Assembly (NCBI GenBank): GCA_035352715.1
Contig: DAOPYE010000061.1
Location: 1 to 15,973 of the forward strand
Reading direction: 5' to 3'
DNA length: 15,973 bases
DNA from: Holophaga sp.
Lineage (GTDB): Bacteria > Acidobacteriota > Holophagae > Holophagales > Holophagaceae
Shown here: in pieces, positions 7,435-15,743 of the stretch
Numbering within the stretch: position 1 is the first letter of the stretch
Layout of the letters: every line of letters begins with the position of its first letter
The notes under the pieces: generated by a model
Seen by the model: the letters and a program-made list of their open reading frames with translations, nothing else
Database searches by the model: none
Told to the model about the DNA's origin: nothing
Translations under genes and position numbers: made by a program

Positions 7435-8844
7435 TCAGGCGCCCAGGCTGAAATAGGCTTCCGCGTTGCCGAAACAGATATCGCGGACCATGCCGCCCAC
7501 CAGGGCGAGATCATCCGGCAGCAATCCGCGCTCCATGTCGTCTCCCAGCAGATTGCAAAGCACACGACGGAAATACTCGTGGCGGGAATACGAAAGGAAG
7601 CTGCGTGAATCCGTGAGCATGCCCACAAAGCGGCTCAGAAGACCCTGGTTGCCCAGAGCGCGGAGCTGGCGCTCGATGCCATCCTTCTGATCCAGGAACC
7701 ACCAGCCGCTGCCGAACTGGATCTTTCCTGGCGTGGAGCCATCCTGAAAACACCCGATGAGGGTGGCGATGAGTTCGTTATCCGCCGGGTTCAGGTTGTA
7801 GAGGATCGTCTTGGTTAGGGCGTTGGCGCTTTCCAGGCGGCCCAGCATGTTCACCAGGCCCGATGCGACCGGGGCATCGCCGATGGTGTCGAACCCCGTA
7901 TCCGGTCCCAGCGTTTTGAAGGTCCGCGGGTTCACGTTGCGCATTACGCCGAAGTGGATCTGCTGCACCCAGCCCTTGGCGTGATTCATGCGACCGAATT
8001 CGAAGAGCATGGCCGCCTTGAACTGGGCCGATTCCTCCGCGCTGGGCGCGCTGCCGGCCATGGCCTTGTCGAAGATGAGGGCCGCCTGCGCGGGCGTGCA
8101 TTCCTCGCCATAGGGGCGGTTCAGCCCGTGGTCCGAAAGGCGGCAGCCATGTGCGTGGAAATAGTCATGACGCTTCTCTAAAGCCTTCACGAATGTCGAA
8201 AAGGAGCTGATATCGCAATCCGATGCGGCTCCGATCGCCTGGACGTAGGCCTTGAAATCGGGTGATTCGACGGCCATGGCCTTATCCGGCCGGAAGGTCG
8301 GCAGCACGCGCGCCGGGGATTTCCCTGACGCGGCGATGGCGGCATGGTGCTTCAGATCGTCGATGGGATCATCGGTCGTGCAAAGGGCACGAACCCTGGA
8401 TCTGGCCAGGATGCCGTGGCACGAGAACTCGGCCGAACGCAGTTGCTCGCTGGTCTGATCCCAGATGCGCTGGGCGCTGGATCCATCGAGCAGTTCATCA
8501 ATGCCGAAGTAGCGCTTAAGTTCGACATGGGTCCAGTGGTACAGCGGATTGCAAAGGGTTTTGGGAACCGTTTCCGCCCAGGCCTGGAACTTCTCGCGAT
8601 CCGGTGCATCGCCCGTAACCAGGCGTTCGGGCACGCCGTTGGCGCGCAAGGCCCGCCACTTGTAGTGATCACCGCCCAGCCAAAGCTGGGTCAGGTTCTC
8701 CCAGGTGCGGTTGGTCGCGATGTCCTGTGGGGGCAGGTGGCAGTGGTAGTCCAGGATCGGACATTCCCGTGCGAATTCATGAAACAGGGCCGAAGCCGTG
8801 GACGAATGGAGCAGGAAATCGTCATGGATGAAGGGCCGGGGCAT
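7435..8844 (-). CDS. uxaC: glucuronate isomerase (uronate isomerase)
   Basis: 'MPRPFIHDDFLL...ILDYHCHLPPQDIA...GDHYKWRALRANGV...NPLYHWTH...GSGWWFLDQKDG...LSRFVGMLTDSRSFLSYSRHEYFRR' is near-collinear with E. coli UxaC (from memory). Start chosen at ATG 8844, which aligns with the E. coli N-terminus and has GGAGA upstream. An in-frame upstream ATG at 8892 (the track start) would add 16 aa, but GGGA abuts it with poor spacing. Confidence 0.9.
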   Translation of the reverse strand: MPRPFIHDDFLLHSSTASALFHEFARECPILDYHCHLPPQDIATNRTWENLTQLWLGGDHYKWRALRANGVPERLVTGDAPDREKFQAWAETVPKTLCNPLYHWTHVELKRYFGIDELLDGSSAQRIWDQTSEQLRSAEFSCHGILARSRVRALCTTDDPIDDLKHHAAIAASGKSPARVLPTFRPDKAMAVESPDFKAYVQAIGAASDCDISSFSTFVKALEKRHDYFHAHGCRLSDHGLNRPYGEECTPAQAALIFDKAMAGSAPSAEESAQFKAAMLFEFGRMNHAKGWVQQIHFGVMRNVNPRTFKTLGPDTGFDTIGDAPVASGLVNMLGRLESANALTKTILYNLNPADNELIATLIGCFQDGSTPGKIQFGSGWWFLDQKDGIERQLRALGNQGLLSRFVGMLTDSRSFLSYSRHEYFRRVLCNLLGDDMERGLLPDDLALVGGMVRDICFGNAEAYFSLGA

Positions 8845-8991
8845 CGCGTCTCCGAAGATGGGGTGGTCACCAACCCTTGCGGAAAGTTCCATTCCCGTTG
8901 GGCCTGAACGACCTGCGGATCATCGGGCAAGTATAGCCGACGGGCCGCTTGGAGAAGCCGGAGGGCCAGGTCGGCCTAGAATGGGCACAGT

Positions 8992-8997
8992 TCAAAG
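8992..8997 (+). promoter_or_regulatory. Shine-Dalgarno AAGGAG for the flotillin-like gene
   Basis: AAGGAG, then a 5-nt spacer (acatt), then ATG at 9006. This supports ATG 9006 as the start rather than the in-frame TTG at 8949 used by the ORF track. Confidence 0.6.
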
Positions 8998-9005
8998 GAG
9001 ACATT

Positions 9006-11042
9006 ATGAATATTCCGGACACACAGGGGCTTTCATCCCTGGCCATCGGCGGCTGGGCGCTGCTGGGGCTCGTCCTGATCGTCTTGATTTCCAAGACGAT
9101 CCGTTACATTCCCAACAATCGCGTGGGCATCGTAGAAAAACTGATCAGCGGACGCGGATCGGTGGAGAAGGGGCTCATCGCGCTCAATGGTGAGGCCGGC
9201 TTTCAGCCAGATGTGCTGCGCGGCGGCTGGCACCTGTTCATCCCCTTCGTCTATCGCATCCACAGGATGCCTTTGGTGACGATTCCCCAGGGCAAGATCG
9301 GCTATGTATTTGTCCGAGACGGGCAGGACTTGCCAGCGACCCAGGCCTTGGCGAGCAATGTGAAAGCCAACGATTTCCAGAGCGTTCGGATCTTCCTGCA
9401 GAACGGTGGTCAGAAGGGACCGCAGCGCCAGATCCTGCGCGAAGGCACCTATGCCGTGAATCTGGCGCAATTCGTGGTGCTGACGGAAGACCAGATGTAC
9501 TACCTGCCCCTGGATCGCAGCGAGCTGGACACCTTCCAGAAGATGAGCGCCATCATCGCCGAGCGCGGCGGATACCGCCCCATCGTCATCCGGGGCGCGG
9601 ACGACGTGGTGGGGATCGTCACGGTTCATGACGGTCCCAGCCTTCCCCAGGGCGAGATCATCGCCCCCACGGTCGGGCAGGATGTAGCCGTGGTCGACGC
9701 GTACCACAACAATTTCCAGGATGCGGACAAGTTCCTGAAGGCGGGTGGTCTGCGCGGACGCCAGTACCAGGTGCTGGTGGAAGGCACCTATTACATCAAC
9801 CGGCTCTTTGCGACGGTGGAAGCCATTCCCAAGACGGTCGTGGAAGTGGGCACCGTGGGCGTGGTGGTGAGCTACACCGGCCAGCAGGGCACGGATATCA
9901 GCGGCCAGGAATACCGCCACGGCGAGCTGGTCACGAAGGGCGAGCGCGGCGTGTGGAGCGAACCCTTGCTGCCGGGCAAGTACGCGTTCAACACCTATGC
10001 GGGCAAGGTGCTGATGGTGCCCACGACCAACTTCATCCTGAAGTGGACGAAGGGCGAGGTGGGCAGCCACAAGTTCGATGAGAACCTCACGGAGGTGAGC
10101 CTCATCACCAAGGACGCCTTCGAACCCAGTCTGCCTTTGTCAGTGGTTGTCCATATCGACTACCGCAAGGCACCACTCGTCATCCAGCGGTTTGGCGATA
10201 TCAAGAAACTGGTGGAGCAGACGCTGGACCCGATGGTCAGCGCCTATTTCAAGAACATCGGCCAGACGCGCACGCTCATCCAGCTCATCCAGGACCGCAG
10301 CGCGATCCAGGAACAGAGCGGCGTCCAGATGAAGGAGAAATTCAGCCAGTACAACCTGGAACTGCAGGAGGTGCTGATCGGCACGCCCACCAGCGGCGCG
10401 CCTGGCGGGCAGATCGAGCAGATCCTCGTGCAGCTTCGCAGCCGCCAAATCGCCGACGAGCAGGTGGAAACCTACGCGCGGCAGGAGAACGCGGCCGTCA
10501 AGGAACGCGAACTGCGCGAGGCGGAAGCCAAGGCCAAGCAGCAGACGGCGCTGACGGAATCGGCCATCAGCATTGAGGTGCAGAGCAACGCGGGCAAGGC
10601 CGAATACGCCAAGGCCCAGCAGCAGGCGGCCCAGATCCAGACCCTGGCGGGTGCCGAAGCCGAGAAGCTGCGCCTCATGGGCGAAGGCGAGGCCAAGCGC
10701 ATCAAGGTGATGGCGGAAGCCCAGGCCGAGCAGGCTGCCCGCGTGGGCGTCGCCCAGGCATTGGCCATCGAAGAGCAGGTGCGAGCCTACGGCGGGCCCC
10801 AGTTCCAGCTGGTGCAGCAGGTCATGAACCGCTTTGCGGAAGCCATCGAGAAATCGCAGGTGGATGTGGTGCCCAAGATCAACATGGCCGGCGCCCAGGG
10901 CGGTGGCAGCGTCATCGAGAGCCTGCTGAGCCTGCTGTTGAGCCAGAAGGTCGGCGATATGGCTGGCATCACCCCGGCCACGAGCAGCGCCCAGGCGGAA
11001 GCCCTGAAGGCGCAGCTAAGGAAGCGCATCGAGAACGCATAG
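9006..11042 (+). CDS. flotillin-like SPFH/Band-7 membrane protein (FloT/YqiK family) with expanded SPFH region
   Basis: 678 aa from ATG 9006. One N-terminal TM helix (LSSLAIGGWALLGLVLIVLI), then an SPFH-like region, then the Ala/Glu/Gln-rich flotillin coiled-coil ('EAEAKAKQQ...AEAQAEQAARV') and a C-terminal 'FQLVQQVMNRFAEAIEKS' block resembling B. subtilis FloT. At 678 aa it is longer than typical bacterial flotillins, and the extra length is in the SPFH region. Confidence 0.85.
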   Translation: MNIPDTQGLSSLAIGGWALLGLVLIVLISKTIRYIPNNRVGIVEKLISGRGSVEKGLIALNGEAGFQPDVLRGGWHLFIPFVYRIHRMPLVTIPQGKIGYVFVRDGQDLPATQALASNVKANDFQSVRIFLQNGGQKGPQRQILREGTYAVNLAQFVVLTEDQMYYLPLDRSELDTFQKMSAIIAERGGYRPIVIRGADDVVGIVTVHDGPSLPQGEIIAPTVGQDVAVVDAYHNNFQDADKFLKAGGLRGRQYQVLVEGTYYINRLFATVEAIPKTVVEVGTVGVVVSYTGQQGTDISGQEYRHGELVTKGERGVWSEPLLPGKYAFNTYAGKVLMVPTTNFILKWTKGEVGSHKFDENLTEVSLITKDAFEPSLPLSVVVHIDYRKAPLVIQRFGDIKKLVEQTLDPMVSAYFKNIGQTRTLIQLIQDRSAIQEQSGVQMKEKFSQYNLELQEVLIGTPTSGAPGGQIEQILVQLRSRQIADEQVETYARQENAAVKERELREAEAKAKQQTALTESAISIEVQSNAGKAEYAKAQQQAAQIQTLAGAEAEKLRLMGEGEAKRIKVMAEAQAEQAARVGVAQALAIEEQVRAYGGPQFQLVQQVMNRFAEAIEKSQVDVVPKINMAGAQGGGSVIESLLSLLLSQKVGDMAGITPATSSAQAEALKAQLRKRIENA

Positions 11043-11061
11043 CACGCAGAGCGTAAATGTC

Positions 11062-11116
11062 ATCCAGCGGCAAGGGCAGGGGAGATCCCGCTGCCTCTGC
11101 CGCTGGATTTCTGTTT
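11062..11116. terminator. bidirectional terminator hairpin between the convergent flotillin-like and uup genes
   Basis: Outer arms are a perfect 11 bp, ATCCAGCGGCA / TGCCGCTGGAT. Inner pairing adds about 10 more bp (AGGGCAGGGG-agat-CCCGCTGCCT). It is followed by TTTCTGTTT on the plus strand, and on the minus strand by a weaker T-rich tract. Confidence 0.6.
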
Positions 11117-13061
11117 ACGCCTGCGTGCGCTTTTCCTCGAGTTCCAGCCATTCCAGTTCGAAGACCTCGAGCGCTTCCTTGGCCTGGGCCTGGTCCTTCA
11201 ACGCCTGGTGGCCTGGGGCCTCGGCGGTCAGGAAGGCGGAAGGATCCGCCAGGATCTGATCCAGCTCCGCGATGCGAGCCTGCAGTTCGCTCATTTGCTT
11301 TTCGATCTCGTCGACGCGGCGCTGTTCCTTCTGGCTGATCCCCGACTTGCGCTTGGGCTCCGACCGGGATGTGGTCGGCGCAGCGGCTTTGGTCGCAGCC
11401 TTCTCGACAATGCTTGTCGCGGCATCGCGCTCCGCGCGCAGGCTGCGAACGGAGGTCGGATTGCCGTCGTAAAACTCCCAGTGGTCGGGGCCTTCAGCTT
11501 TCCAGGCCAGCGTGTGCGTCGCCACCTGGTCGAGGAAAAAACGATCGTGGCTGACCAGCAACAGGGTGCCCGGATAGTCCATCAATGCTTCTTCCAGGTT
11601 CTGAAGCGTGGGGATGTCCAGATCGTTGGTGGGCTCGTCCAGTACCAATAGATCGGCGGGATGCAGCATGGCTTTGGCGAGCAGCAGGCGGTTTCGCTCG
11701 CCGCCGGAAAGCGTGGAAACGGCCCGTGCCTGATGATCCACGGGGAATCCGAACGAGGTCAGGTACACATGGGCCAGCAGTGTCGAATCACCGAGCTTCA
11801 CGACCGCAGCGCGATCCGCGAGATTTTCCAGGATGCTCATATTGTCATTCAGTTCGCCGCGGCCCTGGCTGATGGCGCCGACGGTGAGTTTGGGATGGCG
11901 CGCGAGTTCTCCGGACTTCGGCTGCAGGTCTCCCAGCAACAAACGGAGCAGGGTGCTCTTGCCGCATCCATTGGGCCCAAGCAACGCCAATCGCATCCCG
12001 CGCTGCATCTGCAGATCCAGGCCCCCGATCAGCTCGGGGCCGCCTTCATAGTTGAAGTTCAGACGTTCGATGGAAACGAGGTTGTCGGCGCGGGTGTCGC
12101 CGCCTTTGAAGGACAGGGACTGTCGCGTTTCCGTTCGGGTTCGATCCTGCACATCATCCTTGAGATCCAGTACATCCTGGATCCGGAGCTTGGATTTCCG
12201 GGTTCGCGCTTTCGCGCCGCGCCGAAGCCAGGCCAGCTCGCGCCGCAGGCGGTTCTGCATGTGCGTGGTCAGGCGCGCCTCTCGGAACTCGCGGTCCGAT
12301 TTCTCCAGCAGGTAGTCGCTGTAGCTGCCGTCATAGCTGCTGATCTGGCCATTCTCCAGCTCCAGCATCCGGTCCACGACCGCATCCAGGAGATGTCGAT
12401 CGTGGGTGATGAGGAGCAGGGCGCCTTCAAAGCGTTGGAGCCAGGCCTCCAGGCGTTCCACCTGCTCGGGATCCAGATGGTTGGTGGGCTCGTCGAGCAC
12501 CAGCACGTCGGGATCTTTGAGCCACGCCTGGGCCAAGGCGACACGCTTGCGCCAGCCCCCAGAAAGGCTCTCCACAAGCGCATCCATGTCCTCCAGGCCC
12601 CAGGTGGTCCGAGCGGTGTTCAGGCGTGGCTCCAGATCCCAGCCCATGTGGTTGAGGTGGTGCTCGACGATTTCAAGTTCGCCCAACAAGCGATCTTCAG
12701 TGACACCGTCTTCGCGGGATTGGGCCGCATGCAGTTCTTCGTGGATCTCGCCATGGCGCTGGATGAGCGTCCGGTGATCGGAGAGCGCCGATTCCAGCGC
12801 GTCGCGTACCGTCGCGCCTGGATTGAAATGGGGATCCTGTGACAGTCGCGCGATCCGGAGGCCCTGCGTGACAATGACCTCGCCCGAATCTGGGATATCC
12901 TCGCCCGCCAGCAGCTTGAACAGGGTGCTCTTGCCCGCGCCATTACGGCCGATGAGGCCGACCTTCTCGCCCTGCATCAGCCCGAAGGTCAGATCCTCAA
13001 GGATAGGCTGGGCGCCAAAGGCTTTGGTGACGCGAACGAGACTGAGAGCGATTCCGGCCAT
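11115..13061 (-). CDS. uup: ABC-F family ATPase, Uup-type (two ABC domains, no TMD, C-terminal coiled-coil domain)
   Basis: 648 aa. It has two Walker A motifs (GRNGAGKST, GPNGCGKST) and two signature motifs (LSGGWRKR, LSGGERNRLLLA). The inter-domain linker 'WLRRGAKARTRKSKLR' and a C-terminal coiled coil 'EKQMSELQARIAELDQILADPSAFL' support the call, as does block-wise similarity to E. coli Uup (from memory). The ATG at 13061 is preceded by AAGGA. Confidence 0.85.
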   Translation of the reverse strand: MAGIALSLVRVTKAFGAQPILEDLTFGLMQGEKVGLIGRNGAGKSTLFKLLAGEDIPDSGEVIVTQGLRIARLSQDPHFNPGATVRDALESALSDHRTLIQRHGEIHEELHAAQSREDGVTEDRLLGELEIVEHHLNHMGWDLEPRLNTARTTWGLEDMDALVESLSGGWRKRVALAQAWLKDPDVLVLDEPTNHLDPEQVERLEAWLQRFEGALLLITHDRHLLDAVVDRMLELENGQISSYDGSYSDYLLEKSDREFREARLTTHMQNRLRRELAWLRRGAKARTRKSKLRIQDVLDLKDDVQDRTRTETRQSLSFKGGDTRADNLVSIERLNFNYEGGPELIGGLDLQMQRGMRLALLGPNGCGKSTLLRLLLGDLQPKSGELARHPKLTVGAISQGRGELNDNMSILENLADRAAVVKLGDSTLLAHVYLTSFGFPVDHQARAVSTLSGGERNRLLLAKAMLHPADLLVLDEPTNDLDIPTLQNLEEALMDYPGTLLLVSHDRFFLDQVATHTLAWKAEGPDHWEFYDGNPTSVRSLRAERDAATSIVEKAATKAAAPTTSRSEPKRKSGISQKEQRRVDEIEKQMSELQARIAELDQILADPSAFLTAEAPGHQALKDQAQAKEALEVFELEWLELEEKRTQA

Positions 13062-13088
13062 GAGGATCCTTGCAAACGGGATAGTCTC

Positions 13089-15743
13089 TCATGCCTTCTG
13101 AAAGACGCCATTCCAGATCGCGGAACGCAGATCCTCCTGCGTGTAGGGCTTGGAGATGAAGGCGGCGAGGCCTTCTTCCACGAGCTGTGCCACGACGTCT
13201 TCGTCGGCGAAGCCAGAACACATGATCACCGGCACATTCGGGCGAAGTGCGTGAATGGCCTGGAACATCGCCTTGCCATCCATGCGCGGCATGGCGAGAT
13301 CCGTGAAGACGAAATCGAAGGCATCGGGAGAGCGCCGGAAACATTCAAGGCCTTCATGCCCATCACCGGCATCCTGGACCGTGAAGCCAAGCCTTTCCAG
13401 CAAGCCGCGAGAGGCTTGGCGGATGTTGTCTTCGTCCTCGATGAGCAGCACGGTTCCCTGCAAGCGCTCTGGAGCCGCGCAAGCCTTGGGCGCCTCGGAC
13501 TCGAGCCCAGCCGAGGGTGAGACTGGCAGCACGATGCGGAAGACGGAGCCTTGCCCTTCCACGGAGTGAATGCGGATACCGCCGCGATGGGCTTTAAGAA
13601 TGCCCCTCATGGCGGAGAGCCCAAGGCCATGTCCCGTGCGCTTCGTGGTGTAGAAGGGATCAAAGATGCGGGAGAGCACGTCCGGGCTCATGCCGCATCC
13701 GGTGTCCTCGACATCCAGACTCACGAAGATTCCCGGTTCCAGGCTTTGTCCATGGAAGTCGGAGCGGATGAGATCGGGCGTGATCGTGCAGAGAGATGTC
13801 TGAAGGGTGATGACGCCTTCCTGATCCTGGATGGCTTCGGCGGCATTGGTCAGCAGATTCATGAAGACCTGTTGAAGCTGCGCAGCGTCCCCCTGAATGG
13901 CCGGCAGCCCAGGGGTCAGGTGAACCTTCAACTGGATCTTCCTGGAGATATTCACCTCTAAGAGCTGGGAGATGTCCTGAATCATCGGGTTCAGTTCCAA
14001 CGCGCGCGTGGACGCGTGGCTTCGGCCGGCATAGACGAGGAGCTGCTTGGTGAGCTCGGCCGCGCGATGGGCCACTTGTTCCGCTCTTCGGATGTGTTTC
14101 GCGCAGGACCCTTCCGCATCTGTTTCGCCCTGGGCGATGGCCAGGTTCCCGAGCATGGCCGTCAACAGGTTGTTGAAATCGTGGGCGACGCCGCCCGCCA
14201 ACATGCCGATACTTTCCAGCTTCTGCGCCTGCTGCACCTGGATTTCCAGACGCTGGCGCTCGGCTTCGTTCAGCTTGCGTTCCTGGATATCCCGAACCAC
14301 GATCAAAAGGCGATCCATGCCTGCGATGTAAGCCCTGCGCATATGGCTCTCGACCCAGAACACACGGCCGTTGTTCGCCTTGGCTTGCCATTCAAACAGA
14401 TGGATGACGTTTTCATGGGCGAGGCGCATCTTCTCCAGCGCGTCATGGATGAGCGTCGGGGATTCTGCCAGCGCTTCCAGGGAAAGGCCCAGGAAAGCGC
14501 TCTCGCTGTGGAGATAGAGCTCCCGGCTGCGTCGATTGGTGCCAAGGATCCGCCCCGTCTCCAAGTCGCAGAGGAACACTGCGTCATTCATGGCGTCGAG
14601 AACCGAACGGACCACCGCTTCGCTGGCGACCACGGCCCTCTCACGCTCCCTTAGGTCCTCCCCCAGGAGCCCCAGTGCCGTCCCCAGGCGACCCAGTTCA
14701 TTGCGATCGCGCGGCAGATTGGCCGCCGCGTCCCACTCGCCGCGCGCCAGCCGCGAGGTCGCGGTCAGCAACTGGCGCACGGGACGTCGAACCAGCATTC
14801 CCCCCAAAAGCCAGGTTGTTCCTAGGGCAAGGGCATAGGCGCCGCCCATGGCGCACAAAGAGAGATACCAATGTCGGCGAACCCCCGCCAACGCGGTCTG
14901 CTCCGGAATGCCCAGGCGGAAGAACATGAAGGGCTCTTGCCCCGGCAACCGGAGCGTACTCGCCGCGTACAAGCGCGAAGCGCCCCGTTCATCCGTGCTG
15001 CGGAAGACGGTGCGCGACCCGTTCTGGATCCTTGCCAGTTCCGATGGCTGCAAGGGTTTGCCAATGCGGCTCTCGTTCGCATTGAAGGACTGCAGCACCG
15101 TGCCTTCGCGATCGACAAGAAGCAGTTCCGTCGTTGTGGACAGGTTCCGGTGCGCGAACATGTCAGTGGCGTTCTGGAGATCCTGGCTCGCGATGAGGAC
15201 GCAGAGGATCGCTCCAGATGTGTCCAAGACCGGCAGGGCGAATGGAAAGATGCGTCGATTGGTGGTGCGGCTGATGAGGAACTCACCTGCGACAAAAACC
15301 TTGGATCGCACGGCATCCTGAAAGTAGGGACGATCCGCATAGGAAATCCCCTCCTCGGCGGGAACGGCGGACGCCAAGAGTTTTCCTCTCTGGTCCGTGG
15401 CCAGGATGTTGGCGTACAGAGGGTTACGAGCGAGTAGTTCCTGGAAGAGCCTTGAGGCCGCTTCCGCATCACCGTGCCGCACGGAAGGCACGGCGCTGAT
15501 GGCTGACAGAAGCTGATGGGCGCTGTCCGCGAAGTTGCCCTCGATCTCGGCGAGATCATCTGCCTCGCGAAGGGCCGCAAGCTGCACGCGTTCCGTTTCT
15601 CGATTCAGCTCGCGCCAGACGCGGAATCCCAGCAGGAGCAGAGCGGGCAGCAGAGCAGCAGACACCACCAACAGCAAGTTGGTCCGAATGGACCATCGGG
15701 CACAGAAGGAGATCCTGCCCATGGGGTTTCCCAGGCCCTTCAT
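13089..15743 (-). CDS. hybrid sensor histidine kinase / response regulator (TM - periplasmic Cache-like sensor - TM - HAMP - PAS - HisKA - HATPase_c - REC)
   Basis: H-box 'GVAHDFNNLLTAM', an N-box, 'DTGCGM' and 'GHGLGLS' (G1/G2), and a C-terminal REC domain ('VLLIEDEDNIRQ...FTDLAMPRMDG...SKPY'). There are two predicted TM segments flanking a ~250-aa extracytoplasmic domain. The ATG at 15743 overlaps the stop of the upstream ORF (ATGA); alternative starts are GTG 15773 and ATG 15722. No Hpt domain and no cognate response regulator appear in the window. Confidence 0.85.
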   Translation of the reverse strand: MKGLGNPMGRISFCARWSIRTNLLLVVSAALLPALLLLGFRVWRELNRETERVQLAALREADDLAEIEGNFADSAHQLLSAISAVPSVRHGDAEAASRLFQELLARNPLYANILATDQRGKLLASAVPAEEGISYADRPYFQDAVRSKVFVAGEFLISRTTNRRIFPFALPVLDTSGAILCVLIASQDLQNATDMFAHRNLSTTTELLLVDREGTVLQSFNANESRIGKPLQPSELARIQNGSRTVFRSTDERGASRLYAASTLRLPGQEPFMFFRLGIPEQTALAGVRRHWYLSLCAMGGAYALALGTTWLLGGMLVRRPVRQLLTATSRLARGEWDAAANLPRDRNELGRLGTALGLLGEDLRERERAVVASEAVVRSVLDAMNDAVFLCDLETGRILGTNRRSRELYLHSESAFLGLSLEALAESPTLIHDALEKMRLAHENVIHLFEWQAKANNGRVFWVESHMRRAYIAGMDRLLIVVRDIQERKLNEAERQRLEIQVQQAQKLESIGMLAGGVAHDFNNLLTAMLGNLAIAQGETDAEGSCAKHIRRAEQVAHRAAELTKQLLVYAGRSHASTRALELNPMIQDISQLLEVNISRKIQLKVHLTPGLPAIQGDAAQLQQVFMNLLTNAAEAIQDQEGVITLQTSLCTITPDLIRSDFHGQSLEPGIFVSLDVEDTGCGMSPDVLSRIFDPFYTTKRTGHGLGLSAMRGILKAHRGGIRIHSVEGQGSVFRIVLPVSPSAGLESEAPKACAAPERLQGTVLLIEDEDNIRQASRGLLERLGFTVQDAGDGHEGLECFRRSPDAFDFVFTDLAMPRMDGKAMFQAIHALRPNVPVIMCSGFADEDVVAQLVEEGLAAFISKPYTQEDLRSAIWNGVFQKA

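Noticed and set aside
8949-9005. TTG 8949 as start of the flotillin-like gene (track start, 697 aa).
   Set aside because: In-frame ATG 9006 has a textbook AAGGAG-N5 SD and is followed directly by the TM helix. The 19 residues encoded upstream would lie in the divergent promoter region with no SD.
10472-10768. Repetitive-looking Ala/Glu/Gln-rich stretch in the flotillin gene considered as a DNA tandem repeat or CRISPR-like array.
   Set aside because: It is the coding sequence of the flotillin coiled-coil (EA-repeat) domain. There are no regular direct repeats with unique spacers, so it is protein-level low complexity only.
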